Shown piece after piece: positions 12,601-26,694 of a stretch of 64,000 bases of DNA (positions are counted from its first letter, which is position 1; every line of letters begins with the position of its first letter). The notes beneath the pieces were generated by a model. The model was not told where the DNA came from and did not search any database. It saw nothing but the letters and a program-made list of their open reading frames with translations. Source of the stretch: Octopus sinensis (lineage: Eukaryota); the NCBI RefSeq assembly GCF_006345805.1, contig NC_042997.1, forward strand, positions 5,828,001-5,892,000. Direction: 5' to 3'. Position numbers and translations under genes: made by a program.

Positions 12601-14448
12601 CAAGAGAAATATCTTTTATAAGTGTTAAATACTTATTTTTGATAGATGTATAATGTTCTGGAGACAAACAATTTGGACAATTTATCGTTGATCACAAGAG
12701 GTTTTCTATTCGATATAGATTACCGCCTTGGCACTTGTCAATAGACTCATTAGGTTACGAATTTCTGAGTGCAATTAATTACGACTTTTTAATATTGGAT
12801 TATATGATACAACACATAAGTGAAAGAAAGAAACGTACTGTCGTGAAATAATTCAGTTACTAGATGTATATAAGTCGTTGCTGTTTTCGTTGTTCTTGAT
12901 ATATCTATTGTTCAAATTATTCTTATTTGCGCCCTTACTATTATGTTACTATATTGGTACTATTGTAAATTCTGTTACATTTAAACAAAACTTATGTAAC
13001 ATTGGCAGAACGATCCTATATTAACAACTCACAATTCACTATTAAAGAGGAAATTGAGACTGTGTCTATGTCAGTCACATTTGTGTTTCAAAGTCCCGCA
13101 TTATGATGCAAGGACAAGCAAAGAAGTGCGTAAGTACATGTAGATGTAGACGCACGCATCTACCTTTGTTTACAAGGTGAGAGACTGGATTAAAACAGCA
13201 CTTCTAAGATTCTCTGTAAGGCCTGGTGCACATTAAAGCATCTCAATATAACACATCTTCTAAGTACAGTACTTCCAACAGATTTCTCAGCATATACATT
13301 ACTACATATAAATACATGTATTATTACCTACAAACATACACACATACACATGCATGTCTGCAGACAAACATACAGAGACAACATTTATGGCGACCAAATG
13401 CGGAACATGCGGCTTTTGTCATCTGAATATAAATTCTGAATTGTACATACCAACATAAGTGCATTATATTATGCACCAATAAATTTACACAAAATATTCG
13501 GTTACACAGAGGAAGTGCAAAACGAATAAACGCAGGCTCTACAAATCCAAGATATTAGAGGCACGGTGAATATTTGTATAACATTCTAGAAATTTTCTAT
13601 GTGAGATTCTTATGTGAATAGATGCACATACATCGACAGTTCAGCCCTCACATCAACTCAACTGCATATCCATAAAAACGCGGAGCTCTCTTAACTTAAA
13701 ATGACCTGTTGCTCGACAAAATGATTTTTGCATAAAAGAAGTGCTCAAATGAAATTGAGACAGAGATTAAAAATACAAGCATTTATAAGAGAACAAATCA
13801 AGATAATAATCTATCGTAGGACCAGTTCAACTTTTCTAACACATAAAAAAGAAAATAAATCGTGTTACAAAATTTGGACTGGTCTTAAGATAGATTATTA
13901 TCTTTTCATCAGGTAAGAAGACGTTTTGTAATTCCCGTGAACAACTAATAGTTGAGATACCTGTTCATTCTGATGTGGGAGTCACTGCCGAGATGCACCT
14001 TAACTCGTAATCGAACCGCTGCAGTGAACTCCCGAAATAGTCATACATGTGTTTAACTTGAATTTCTGGTACTCTTTTACGCTCTTAGACTCCAGCCTAC
14101 CTTGGCTTTATGAAATAAAATTTTTTGACATATTTCAAATTCAGGTGAGTAAGAAATTTTTTTAGTTGATTGTTATTTTATTTCATTTAGATTTTTCATT
14201 GCGTGACACGCCTTAGAATTTTCAGTCGATTGTATATACCTTCTTCGTAGGCCGTTATATATATATATATATACATTTTTAGTAGATTATAAAATGTTTG
14301 CCTTCTAAAGTTTTTATGTATGTATTCTTTATATGTTAAATGCCATGGTCATATTTATCAATGTATTGAATCCAATGTATGGATCAAATGTATGGAAGCG
14401 AAGTGTTATATAAATCGTTGACTAGAATTTGATGTTTGCACTCCAAAC

Positions 14449-14450
<2 letters not shown>

Positions 14451-14518
<68 letters not shown>
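14451..14518. repeat. (TA)n microsatellite
   Basis: Direct reading. Confidence 0.97.
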
Positions 14519-14521
<3 letters not shown>

Positions 14522-14759
14522 ATGTGTGGGTGTGTGAGTGTGTGTGTATAAATTTACGAATGTAGTGGTCCGTATCTATGTGTGTTTGTGTGTATACTTG
14601 TGTGCTGAGGAAAAGAGATTTGTGAACACTAATATTTGTACTGCTTACTAAGCGTAAAGTTTGCATACTATGTCTGAAACCAAAATTACATAATCGTCAG
14701 TGATTTACATTGCAAATTGCTCAAAAAAATGAAGATGACAAGTTGAGTTACTACATATT

Positions 14760-15092
14760 TATTCGTTTGTCATTAGACTGCGGACGTGTTAGGGTACCAC
14801 CCTAAAGGAATGTTAGAAGAAAGAGTCAAACCCAGCACTTATATTATTAAGACGAGTTCTTTTCTACCAAGTGCTTTTGCCGAATCGCTAAGTTACAAGG
14901 ATGAAAACACACCTATATTAGTTTCAATCGATGGTAGGGTGCAAACACAGACAAAAAGACGGGTAGACAAGCACACATGCATATTACGGTAGGTTTTCAA
15001 TTTCTCTCTACCAAATCAACTCACAAGGCTTCACTTGGCGTGAAGCTAAAGTAGAAGACACGTGCTCAAGATGAAACTGAAACCATGTATTT
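14760..15092 (-). mobile_element. Old diverged SINE family A copy
   Basis: gtcattagactgcgg, cttttgccgaatcgctaagttac and ctaccaaatcaactcacaaggc align by eye with the younger copies. Confidence 0.7.
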
Positions 15093-16012
15093 ACTATCGT
15101 ATTTACTATCGTTACCAGTTACCTGTATTATCTATTGGCATGGGTATGCAGGCACACTATATTCGTAGATAACAACAGAATGAACAAAAGTTTATCAGGC
15201 ATCAAATTTCAATGGTCAGAAAATGGAGAAAACTTTGGATCAACAAGCAAATCAATTAGACCACATCTGTAAATGATTTTCCAATACAAAACATTGTATG
15301 ACATTTCTGTGACATAACAATTCTTACAGCCTTTTCCGCTTCCACTGCCACTCTGTATCTACGAAAGAATTACGACTATAATATTCTTCATCTTTATAGG
15401 ATTTTGGAACTAGTACATGGAACTTTATCAGAGTGACTACAAAAGCGTCCAAAAAATAAACGAAGTCAATAGACTTTTGCCTATAGACTCAAAGCCCTAC
15501 GATGGAAGATGGTATGATTTTACTTTATTAAGTCTCCTGGCATCTTCTCTAGGACATGTTTCTTTCCTATTCCCTCTTCCCTTTGTTTAATTTTTCGACG
15601 CTTTTGTATTCTCTCCGAAGCTCCATGTACTTTTCCGAATGTCTATTACGATTGCGTTATTGTGTTTTAAAATCCTGTAGGTGGCTAGTAAAAATAAGAA
15701 AAACGCACCTCGTTAAGCATTGAGATGATGTGTTTTATAGAATATAAAATATAGAAGTCAAAGATAAATCCTCGAGGTAAGCATTCACCGAGATTCTAAT
15801 ATCAAATAAATCTACCTAGAATAATATCGCACTGTCTTAATAATTGAAGCCATTCAGAAGTGTTGGATATACAATTTTTGAAATAGATATATGATTTAAT
15901 CTATTGAACGGCTTGAGACGTAGGTTTGACTGCTCGCAATATCAGCAGCAGGAATACAAAAGGTATTTCAATATCATACACATGAATTCAGCTTTGGAAC
16001 GCCCCTGAAATG

Positions 16013-16053
<41 letters not shown>

Positions 16054-17383
16054 ATAAATGAAATAGTAGTGCATTAATATTTAAACCCAATGCATTACTG
16101 AGATCCCGCAGTTCAAAAATAGATTCACAAAATGATGTAGGTGAATATGTTGAGTGGGTGAGAAATAAAAACATTAAGAAATGAGTCCTGAATGTAAAAC
16201 AATAGACAGTCGAAAATGAGGAGAGGAATCATATTTATATATGCTCAGAAAAGCGGAGATAAGTAAATGTGTGAAATTGGTATGTATTATATTTATAAGT
16301 ATGAAAGGAAATACATGTAGCAATCGTTAAAAATGCAAATGAGCCACGGTAAAATCACCGTAGGATACATAACTGCAAACAAAATATAAATGATCGTCTA
16401 GAATTCAATAATTCAGACGTTCAATAATCAAGTAGGAGAAACTAGATACAAGTATAGATAGATATATAGATAAGCATTAATATGTTGATCGGGAGATAAA
16501 CAAATATACGGCTTTACACATACATATGTAAATCCATTCATACATTCATAAATACAGAAACATGTTATATATATATCCAGAGAGTGAGAGAGAGAGAGAG
16601 AACATTTTGATTGAAGTAATACTCATATCATTAAGGTATACATTAGAAAATTGGATTAGAAAGTGTTTGGTTTTGAAGGTGGTAGGAAACAAGTCTAAAA
16701 GGGGCAGATCAACATAGTAAATTTAATATGAACAAAAGTGTGAACTTGAGGAGGAATCTATATGGTATAATACAATAACGTACTACAGCCTTCAGGAGGG
16801 CAAAAAAATATTATTGAATAATCACATTCAACAAATATTTTCAAGAAGAACAGCACCATATTTTCTCCTTTCATAATGAGAAAATGAAAGGGGTTATATA
16901 TTATATTTACATTTTCTGGAATTTTCCTTTTCACACACGATTGCACTGCGAGGTTAATAAAGCAGACGACATTTAACCTTACAATCAGTTCATCTTTAGC
17001 GCTTCCATACTTTTATTGCACGCTTCGCTAATGATGTTACGGGCGATTGGTGAGATGATGGTGTGAGGTGAGGAACATGGGAGAGGGAGAAAAAGAGTTA
17101 TGAAAAATTGTGTTTGGAGAAAGAAAAAATGAGCAACAATATTTTGTTTTGAAAAGATTAAAAACGGATGAAGAAGAGAGAGAGAGAGAGAGAGATGGGG
17201 GAAGACAGTGAGCCTAAACTGTAACGGAGAGAGTAAGATGAAAAATAAATAAGAGTAAAATAATAATAGTGAGTGGGCAAAATTTTTCAGTTGGTGAATT
17301 AATAATTAGGGAAACAATGAAAGCAAGGAAAAAGAACGAAATGAATGAGAGAAGAGAAAATAAAAGGCAAATGAAACAGCTAA

Positions 17384-17420
<37 letters not shown>

Positions 17421-17599
17421 CAGGTGGGTGAATAATATAGATGATGGGAACGAGAAAGTGAGAAAAGTGAGAAAGAAAGAGGTGTGTGAACAACCATAAA
17501 AATGATAACTAGGGTATATAGCATTAAAAGAAAGCGCTAAGTGTACGAGAAATTCAAATAAATATGCAACCAAATATTATAGAGTGTGAAAACCGAATG

Positions 17600-18330
17600 A
17601 GATAGGACGAAAACAAAAGGAAAGCGAGACGAGGAGAGGAACGAGATGGAAAGAATATAAAATTTGAACCACAAGTTATAGAAATAAAAGTATAAATAAA
17701 TTAGAGTAATCGTAAAACGGTTATAGAAGTAGTTGTAGGAGGAGGATCAGAAGGAGGGACGATTAAGAGAGGTGGATTAGGCGGAGGAAGAGGAGAAGGG
17801 GAGGTAACGATGTTAGAGACATCGAGAAAACTATGATGAAGAGAGAAGAAAAATGTAGGTGAGATGAAAAAGGGCGTTGAACATTTGAATTAGAATATAG
17901 AGAAATAAATAAAATTGATTTAAGAGATTAGAATCATAGATGTAAAATGTCTGAAGACATATTAGAATTATTAGAGAGAAAGGGAGAGAGAAAAACGTCA
18001 GAGATATAACGATTAAGAGTGAAAATATAAGAGAGTTGTAAAAAGAGAGACTGAAATGGGGGGGGGATATAACGAAAAGAGGGAAGAAACAAAGAAGATG
18101 AAATTGACGAAGAAAATATAATTTGTTCATTGTGTTAAACAATTCGGAAGAATTGCACGGAGAGTTGATAGGTTGGAAAAGAACGAGCGAGGTAGGAACT
18201 GAGTGAAAGAAAGTGAAACGGAAGGAAGATAAAAGTGAACAAAGAAATGGAAAAACGGTGGGATCGCAAATGCTGGCAGATATAAAACTAAAGTAAGAAA
18301 TCCCTGATAGCAGAAAAAGTGCAAAAAAAC
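17600..18330 (-). mobile_element. Highly decayed Penelope-like RT remnant
   Basis: Minus strand gives ELFNTMN..., FYIYD (YIDD-like), FHLTY, SFLDVS and PSDP (KPTD-like) in the order expected for PLE RT. Strongly pyrimidine-skewed. Confidence 0.4.
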
Positions 18331-18384
18331 AAACAAACAAGAGATGAATGTAGAATGTCAGAGAAGACTCAACGAATATGCAGA

Positions 18385-18423
18385 CAGACATTTCTTTCTA
18401 TCTATCTATCTATCTATCTATCA

Positions 18424-18473
<50 letters not shown>

Positions 18474-18474
18474 A

Positions 18475-18520
<46 letters not shown>

Positions 18521-18600
18521 CCTACCTCCCTCCCTCCCTCCCTACCTACCTACCTACCTACCTACCTACCTACTTATCTATCTATCTATCTATTTATCTA
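18385..18600. repeat. Compound (TCTA)n/(CCTA)n/(CCCT)n microsatellite
   Basis: Direct reading. Confidence 0.97.
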
Positions 18601-18650
18601 TATCCTCTCTCTTACTTTCTGATTATTATTATTGTTGTTATTATTATTAT

Positions 18651-18806
18651 AAGGCGGCGAGCTGACAGAAACGTTAGCTCGCCGGCCGAAATGCTTAGCG
18701 GTATTTCGTCTGTCGTTACGTTCTCAGTTCAAACACCGCCGAGGTCTACTTTGCCATTCATCCTTTCGGGGTCGATAAATTAAGTACCAGCTACGCACTG
18801 GTATCG
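18651..18806 (+). mobile_element. tRNA-derived SINE, family B (3'-truncated)
   Basis: AAGGCGGCGAGCTGACAGAAACGTTAGC...GTTCTCAGTTCAAACACCGCCGAGGTCTACTTTGCC...GGGGTCGATAAATTAAGTACCAG. Homologous to 36145, 50398 and 56560. Confidence 0.88.
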
Positions 18807-19554
18807 TTGTTCCTGGTGCTGTTCTTGATTTTGTCTCGGTCTAGTTTGCTTTCTATAGCCTCCCCCACAAACGCACACGCACACGCAGATTTTGCGGTTT
18901 TGATTTTGTTGTTCTTATTGTTTTTATTTTAACTTTGAGCTACGGCTGCTGAAGTTCTGTTGCCAGGTAAAAGAATCAACAACTGCTATCATTGCTGCTC
19001 ACAATATGCGTAGTAGTAGTAGTAGTAATGGTAGTGTCAATGGTTAGTTAGCAGACACTCAGATTATAATCTGTGACTGCAGCTCGTCAAGATTTAAACG
19101 AGCCATTTTAGATTCTTAAAAATTTCGAGGACAGCAAGACAAAATAATTTGATAAATATATGGAAAATATATTTGGCCTTCGTAGCCCTTGCTTGGTCAC
19201 TTACAGAAACTGATGAGGACACTGCATATTATTATTGTCATTATCATCATTACTAACATTATTATGACTACCGTTATCATTATCATTATCACCGTTAAAG
19301 GATGATTCATATTTCCATACATGGTTTTACGCACATATTATTTCTATCAATAATTACACGTGATACTCAAAAGTAATATGTAAAATGTTTTATTATCATA
19401 TTTTTTATGAAATTAACATCTTTTCTAACTGGTTTCTGATAAAATTCAGCTTTGTTTTGGCGGTGTTAATCGATTCATTTTTCATAAATTTGGAGAGCTT
19501 TAGTGGGCATCCATCTTTCTATTCAGCCCAGGACTGCTGCTGCTGCTGCTCTGT

Positions 19555-19660
19555 TCCTCCTCCTCCTCCTCCTCCTCCTCCTCCTCCTCCTCCTTCTTCT
19601 TCTTCTTCTTCTTCTTCTTCTTCTTCTTCTTCTTCTTCTTCTTCTTCTTCTTCTTCTTCT
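19555..19660. repeat. Compound (CCT)n(TTC)n trinucleotide repeat
   Basis: Direct reading. Confidence 0.97.
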
Positions 19661-19849
19661 CGTCCACAAGAGACAAACGTTCTGTAGGAGATGTGCCGTG
19701 AATTCTCCTTCACCCATTTGTCTATATTTTAGCTTCTTCATCCCAATGCACCAATTATTATAGGCACGACCTTTACTGTTTGCATGCTCCAAATTCTCCC
19801 TATTTTAAATGTTAAGGGATTGTACATCCTTTATATTTTTTTCTCTCCC

Positions 19850-20567
19850 TTTACAATTCTGGAATCGAACGGGTATTATGGGTCGATAAGTAAGAAACTT
19901 AATTTTCTTTATTCATACTCATTTCTCTGGTCTATTATTTTCTGATTTCCTGTCCGTTTGAACAGGGAAGCCCCCCAAAATCTTGCATTTCTCCAACTCC
20001 AGTATTCTTACGATTTGATTTTTGCCATGTATTTTGTTTCTATGGATTGCTCTTGCTTCGGCTATCAGTTGTTAGGGATAATGCAGTAAAACCTCCTTTT
20101 TCATTCCATATTCTCTTCATTCGATTCTTGAAGCCTGTTTCATTTCGCTCACTTCTCTGCCAGCAATGTATTAATAATTTGTTTATATCTTTTTGCCAGT
20201 TCATATATTTTCTTTCGCATCGTGACATCGATTTTGGCCCTGATCAATAGATTGATGACTTCCTGCCTGAGATTGATGAAGTGCTCCCTGTCTGTCGTGC
20301 GCGCTATCTTCACTTTTTAGAGACCAGTCACGTTAGCACAGTTGTGGTTATTATTTAATGTGGACATCACACATTTCTAAGTAGCATTTGTAAGGTTGTG
20401 CAATCACCAGTATATTTATCGTGACACCATCTCTAGGACCGTTGGTTGTCAAGGATCCGTGAGTCCTCTCCGACCCTCGTGTGCACTGTTGTTTTAGTGC
20501 CAGTGTCTTTCAATCCATTGTTTTATATGTTTGTATTTGATATGTTCACACATGAAGAACGTTTCTT

Positions 20568-20568
<1 letters not shown>
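19850..20568 (-). mobile_element. R4/Dong-clade non-LTR element, 5' end (UTR and ORF N-terminus)
   Basis: ORF 20040-20228 ERKYMNWQKDINKLLIHCWQRSERNETGFKNRMKRIWNEKGGF resembles the R4/Dong N-terminal region. Begins directly after a (TAA)n tract on the minus strand. Confidence 0.6.
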
Positions 20569-20569
<1 letters not shown>

Positions 20570-20628
<59 letters not shown>

Positions 20629-20665
20629 TATTATTATTATATTATTATATTATTATTATTATTAT

Positions 20666-20701
<36 letters not shown>

Positions 20702-20730
20702 ATTAATATTATTATTATTATTATTATTTT
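20570..20730. repeat. (TTA)n microsatellite
   Basis: Direct reading; lies between two R4/Dong pieces. Confidence 0.97.
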
Positions 20731-20749
20731 TTTTTTTTTTCATCATTAT

Positions 20750-22545
20750 TATTATATCTCTTTATCACAGGTTTTGTTGGAGCTCCTGGAGTCTTGCATG
20801 TGTAGCGGGCTTACTACCTGCAGCCAACGGTACCATGCCATTCGCTATTTTCTGTTACCTAATACTTTCTGGATTATTCTGGCCGCGCAAGACACTTGTA
20901 ACGGCCTTACTAAGTACTCTATTCCAATTATCCTTTATATCCCTCTTGATGCATTCTGATACTGTTGCTAAGGACCCAACAATATTGGCATTATCTTTAC
21001 CTTCTTCACTTTCCATATCCGAGCTACTTCTTACTTAATGCGGTTGTATCTATCTTTTCGCCTTCCTTCTTGACCGTTCATGGGTCAAAGAGGCATGCAA
21101 CTATATAGCATATGTGGCGCACCTTGTACATCACCACTATGTCGGGTCTCTTATGCTCTAGCATCTGGTCTGTTTGGATTAGGAAATCCCAGAGGAATTT
21201 GGTAGTCTCCGACTCCACTGCACCCTACTGTTTGTGCTCATGCCATGTGTTGTCTCTATCTCTAGCCCCCAGTTTTCGCACAGTTTCCAAAGGAGCTCTT
21301 CGGCTACCTGGTCGTGTCGCCACAACTTGTAATAATTTTGGGCACGTTTAGGTCATTCGTTCGTCAAATGGGCAAATATTTCGTCCACTCTATTGCAGAT
21401 GCAGCACAGCTTATTCCACAGACACTTGCTCATTCGTAAGTTTGACCTTCGAGTTCGTGGCCCAAGCTTGGTCTTTTGCTGCCGGTATAGTTCTATCGGT
21501 AATTTTTTAGGGCTCTTTTCATCAGCCACTCACATCTATTTTTTTTTTCAGTATATTCTCTTGTGACTGCATGGATTTGATTGTGTAGTCCATTCTTGTA
21601 TAATTCTTCTTCATGTCCTTTTTTGTACTACTTCCTTTGTTTTCCCTTTTTTCTCTGCTCTCATTACACTCTCATTCCTAACGGTCACTAGCAAGATTTC
21701 TTTACTTATGACTAGGTATCTCATGAAGCTCACGAGTTCGATACGCGCGCAGTTTTCCACACTTATCAGTTCCCTTTCTCCATTTCCTCTCTTCAAGTAT
21801 AGGTGATAATTATTTGCGCGTTCATGATGGTCTCTATGCGTCATTAGGAAATTTCTTGACTTCCTATCCTTCTCCTTTAGCTTCTTCTCTATCTATTTCA
21901 GGACTTTAATTCCATCTGTCTCAAGTATTCACAGGTATTTATAGCTGGATTGAAGTTGAATTACCTTCATTCTTTCACTATTTGGCAACCCTATGCCTTC
22001 TATCCTGGCAAGCTTTCCTTGTTTCATCACCATCGTAGTACCTTTTTGAGCATCCAAATACCCTCTTAATATCATTGGAGAATATCCGCACAAACTGGAC
22101 TAGGCTGTCGAGTTTTGTCTCAGATTTTGTGAATAGCTTCAGGTTGATCATGAATAGCAAGTGATTTTCCCTTACCACTCCCCAGACCATACCGCAAATT
22201 TGTTTTCTGTAGTATTTCACTAAAGGGGATCATTCCCAGCACGAATACCAGTGGGGACCCACTGCTCCACTGGAAAATTCCCCTCTTCATTTTCACTTCT
22301 CCTAGTACATTCTTCCCTGCTGTCATGCTATTCCATATAAAACTTCTCATATTTTCTGCTCCTCCGTACATTTCCACTGTTCTTATTATCCAGGAATGTG
22401 GTTTCATATCCTATGCTTTGCGATATTCAACTCATGCCATGCTGAGGTTTGTATATCTCATCTTGAAGTTGCTGATAATAAGATTATCGATTACGAGCTC
22501 TTTTTTCGGCACCCTTTGTGTTCAGTGGGTAACAGCCCACTTTTG
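20750..22545 (-). mobile_element. R4/Dong-clade non-LTR retrotransposon, 5'-truncated, decayed RT plus restriction-like endonuclease
   Basis: Minus strand LPTEHKGCRKKS...EYRKA*DMKPHSW, MKRGIFQW...SPLVFVLGMIP, YYKLWRHDQVA, FLWDFLIQTD...HKRPDIVV. 3' UTR ccaggagctccaacaaaacctgtgataaagag runs into a TAA/A tail. Confidence 0.85.
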
Positions 22546-23189
22546 TTCAAATATGAAAGGCGGCTGTGAATACGTAAAGTGCAAATGTAAATATATTCTC
22601 ACCAAATGAAGCAGAAGTAGTAGGAAGAGCTATAGATAACACTATATATATTTTTTGGCGTCTTATACAGATGACAGCACGGGAAATTGCTTCCCTAAGC
22701 CAGAAATCGATCATCGATCTATCGGTAACCTTATTTTGAAATCTGATTGATTCACAAGCCTGCTTTAAACCTGTGCTGACGGAGTAAAGTAAGAGGTGTT
22801 TATAGAACTTTTAGCGTCTATTCTAAGCGTTGTTAGTGTCCTTACCCACCCCTTGTTTTATAATTATATCTATATAATTATATATCAGTATAAATATTTG
22901 CCTAAATTGTGTTAACATGCTGGCCACTTGATAGAAACATTCAATGGTTATATATGTGTGTGTGTGTGTGTATGCATACAAACACACACACACACACATA
23001 AGCGTGTGAGTGCATGTGTGTGTTCGTGTATGTGCGTGTGTTTGTGAGTGCCGTGTGTGTATGCAAACTTATATTTATATATGTGTGCATGGTTGTGTAA
23101 TGTAAATGATCGTGTCTCTGTCTATGTGTATTTACGTGTGTAGGTGTATGAGGGAGTGTGTGAAAGAGAGAAGGAGGAGGGAGAAGATT

Positions 23190-23214
23190 AAAAGAGAGAG
23201 AGAGAGAGAGAGAT

Positions 23215-23245
<31 letters not shown>

Positions 23246-23250
23246 GAGAG
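23190..23250. repeat. (GA)n microsatellite
   Basis: Direct reading. Confidence 0.95.
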
Positions 23251-23269
23251 TAAGCAATCAATGCATTTG

Positions 23270-23880
23270 TAAAAGTGAGTTATCGGAACATAGAAGAAAT
23301 AAAAGTTCGTTTGAGAGAGAAATGTAGCAGATAAACTGGAAGTATAGCGTGAAAAATATAATGAATTGATAAACTGGAATAACGACGAGGGTCTTATGAA
23401 TAATAATAATAATAATTATAATAATAATAATGATAATAATAATAATAATAATAATAATAATATAATAATAATAATAATAATAATAATTGAAACAAAAAGC
23501 GAAATTCAACAAATAAACATTAACAAATAAATAATGAGATCGAGACAAAAGCAATGAAGAGATAAAAATGCTTGTGGAAAGTATAATGAAAATTTTGGAA
23601 ATCCAAGCATAATTGCAAATAAAGTGAAAAACGTAGAGGGGAGGCTCCTGAAGTGGGAATAAAGAGAAAAAAAATTTACAAAATAGTAATGAAGGATAAG
23701 AGTAGAATAAAAAAAAATATGATATAAGATTAAAATTGATGAAGAAAAAATGTCCGATGTGCTTGGAAGCGAGAAAGCAGTAGAACAGAATGCAAACGGA
23801 AGAAAAAGAGTTTAAGTGGTTAAATGCGTGGAAAGATGGAGCAACAGCAATAGTGGCATTTAAGCTTAGTAATTTATGTA
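23270..23880 (-). mobile_element. Possible decayed Penelope-like RT remnant split by (TAA)n at 23397-23487
   Basis: Weak motifs (IPVYQF...LCSDN resembling IPYSQ..R.CS) and pyrimidine skew like 17600-18330. Confidence 0.25.
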
Positions 23881-23889
23881 GCAGCAACA

Positions 23890-23930
23890 GCAGTGTAGTA
23901 GTAGTAGTAGCAGTAGTAGTAGTAGTAGTA

Positions 23931-23980
<50 letters not shown>

Positions 23981-24055
23981 TGTAGTGGTGGTGGTGGTGG
24001 TGGTGTTATTTGTAGTAGTAGCATATCAGCTGTAATAGTAGTAGTAGTAGTAGTG

Positions 24056-24110
<55 letters not shown>
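23890..24110. repeat. (TAG)n/(TGG)n microsatellite
   Basis: Direct reading. Confidence 0.97.
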
Positions 24111-26509
24111 ACGGAGGAGATGTAAATGGAAAATGTGGAAGAGGGTGAAGTTAAAAGGAACAAGGAAGTTCATAATGATAAAATGTAAAATTAAAAAAAA
24201 ATGTGGAAAAAAAAAACATGGAAGATAGAAATACCAAAAGAGAGAATACAAAGAATTCAAGTAGTGATAAAAAAATTTCCTAACATAAAATCGCTGCTTA
24301 ATGCTGACAATTAAAAGGAAGAAGAAATAAACAACAATGTGCAACAAAGAAATACAAATAAACACAGCAAACTACAAACACAAATAGACAGGTTGCAATG
24401 GAGCAGAATAAGTTATTACAGTTGAATTGGAACAGAAAACAGAAAAACCAAAATATCAAAAGAAATCGAGAAAATATCGTAGTGCACTTTCGTTTCACGA
24501 ACACCGCTTATTTTGCCGTTTGATTACCTTTCTACAGTCACTCTTATGAATGTTGTTCAGAGCTGTTTAGGAGAATTGACTAAATCTGTATAAAACATCT
24601 GTCAAAATTGTTACCAAATCATCTCTGTTTACAAATCCTAAGGTTCGTCAGCTTTGCATTTCGTACTCCCGGCATGCAGTGAGTGAAGTTATATTACATT
24701 GGACAGATGTTTGCTTCGCCAGTGAGATTAGTACGTATAACTGATATATACATTCTAGTGAGAATCACTGTTATACATACTGAATCTAGCAAACCTTTGA
24801 ATTAAAAGAAGACCATGAAAAGATGTACGTATAACTGGTATACATATACTAGTACGTATACATCTTATTTATACATACGGATTCTATCAAACCATTGATT
24901 TCAAAGCAGGTCAATGGAAGATATATACACATCCAGGCCAAAATCAGACCACGTAAAACATTAACGCAAGCAACAAGATATAGGAGGAAATATTGGCCAA
25001 CGTAAACCAAGATGCGCACAAAAACGTGACATAAACGTGACTGAAATATCGTTCATAATAAACTTAGCGAACCAGAGCAAATAGGGAATTACCAACAAAA
25101 CCAACATCATATAAATAAATAAATTAATATGTATGTATGCATGTATGTATGTATGTATGCATGTATGCATGTATGCATGTATGCATGTATGTATGTACGT
25201 ATGTGTGTGTGTGTATGTATGTACCTACGTACTATATAAGTGTGTGAATGGAAGTTTGTGTTTGTGTTGACACTATCTCGAAATGGCATTATTCTTCAGA
25301 ATCATGTGGAATGTAAAGCAAATGAAAACTACCACTTTTCATGGAACATGCTACCATTATACTTCTCAATAATAAATGAAGTTATTAAACTGAAGTGCAA
25401 AGTCTTATATCTCATTAACCGAGAAGGATTAACATAATACGCGCGGATGCGAAATTATTTTTTACATTCGAATAGGAGACACAGCCGCTGTCGAAGTACA
25501 TTTCTTGTAACACTTTATAATTATAAATATAGATAGTTTGTATGATGTCTTTCGTATCTATGGTGCACACGCAAGTCAGACTAGTGAACGGAGATTACTT
25601 ATAGATATGTGAATGAGTTTATGTAAGCGTGTATATGTATGTGTTACAGAGGATAATCAGAAATACATGTGACTTTGCGTTAAAATTCTATAAGGTAGCA
25701 CATTCTCAAATCAATGTTTAGTGATTTCATTAATCTTTTTTCCCTTATTACTGAAGTTTTGTTGAGGTGGTGGTGGTGGTTGTAGTGGGGGGCGTACTTC
25801 AAGTCCACTAGCATCGTATGCATCGCATTACTTTTTCTAATGTTCAGCATTCTAGCTATTTTTTGCTATTTTCAATGTATTAGCCGTGATTGTTCACACA
25901 TTTGACACTGAACAGAACCAAATATTTTAGACTAGATTATGCGTTTAATAAATTGATTATAAAACAAAACATGTATCGACTTTCGATACGTTCACACAGT
26001 AGTTCCCGTAACGCTGATTGTGATTTTTGTTTAATTAATAAGAACTTTCGAAACTAAATCTCATTTTAATTATATTGATAAAATAGTATATGAATAGTAA
26101 AACTGAAATTTAACCACTAATAATTACTTTCTAAAATCAACATTCGTATTTCAATATTTTATGCCAAATATATATCGCTCCCCTCCTCCCTCCCCCTCTC
26201 TCTTACACCCTCTTTCTGACACTTTCTGTTTCCATCTCTCGCTCTCTGACCCTTTCTATCTCAGTATAGACGCACGCATGCTCCCTCGAAAACACACTCA
26301 CACATACTCTTCTGACACTGATGGATTATGTACACCATGATTTTTAGTGTGCCATATGTCAGCAATCTACGTCGCACACCCATATATAGGAGATGAAATA
26401 CCGACTGAGAATACAGTTCTATATTTAACAGATGAGGAATTATGTATATCATGTACATTTTTATATTATGTACATTTGACGGATATTTGTCCTCATCTTG
26501 TTTGTTGTT

Positions 26510-26555
26510 AACACAACGTTTCGGCTGATATATCTTCCAGCCTTCATCAGGTGTC
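26510..26555 (-). ncRNA. Minimal type I hammerhead ribozyme motif
   Basis: GACAC-CUGAUGA-A-GGCUG(10 nt)CAGCC-GAAAC-GUU-GUGUU. Stem I GACAC/GUGUU, perfect 5-bp stem II, intact core, palindromic AACGUU stem III. Confidence 0.75.
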
Positions 26556-26648
26556 TGGGGAAATTTCGAACCTGGGTTCTCATTCCTAAGGTATAATAAC
26601 TTCGAAAAATACCTTAGGAATGAGAACCCAGGTTCGAAATTTTCCCAA

Positions 26649-26694
26649 GACACCTGATGAAGGATGGAGGATATATCAGCCGAAACGTTGTGTT
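26649..26694 (+). ncRNA. Minimal type I hammerhead ribozyme motif
   Basis: GACAC-CUGAUGA-A-GGAUG(10 nt)CAGCC-GAAAC-GUU-GUGUU. Intact core, one mismatch in stem II. Confidence 0.68.

Noticed and set aside
17831-18391. 186-aa hydrophobic ORF that looks like a membrane protein
   Set aside because: The hydrophobicity comes from a pyrimidine-skewed strand. It is better explained as decayed retroelement or low-complexity DNA.
19210-19216. CTGATGA as a hammerhead core
   Set aside because: No stem II plus GAAA downstream.
23258-23887. 209-aa ORF, the longest in the window
   Set aside because: It reads through a (TAA)n tract, is F/L/I biased and has no recognisable host domain.
24525-24600. Minus-strand acceptor/donor pair suggesting a small exon
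   Set aside because: The 58-nt version has stops in all three frames, and there is no other support.
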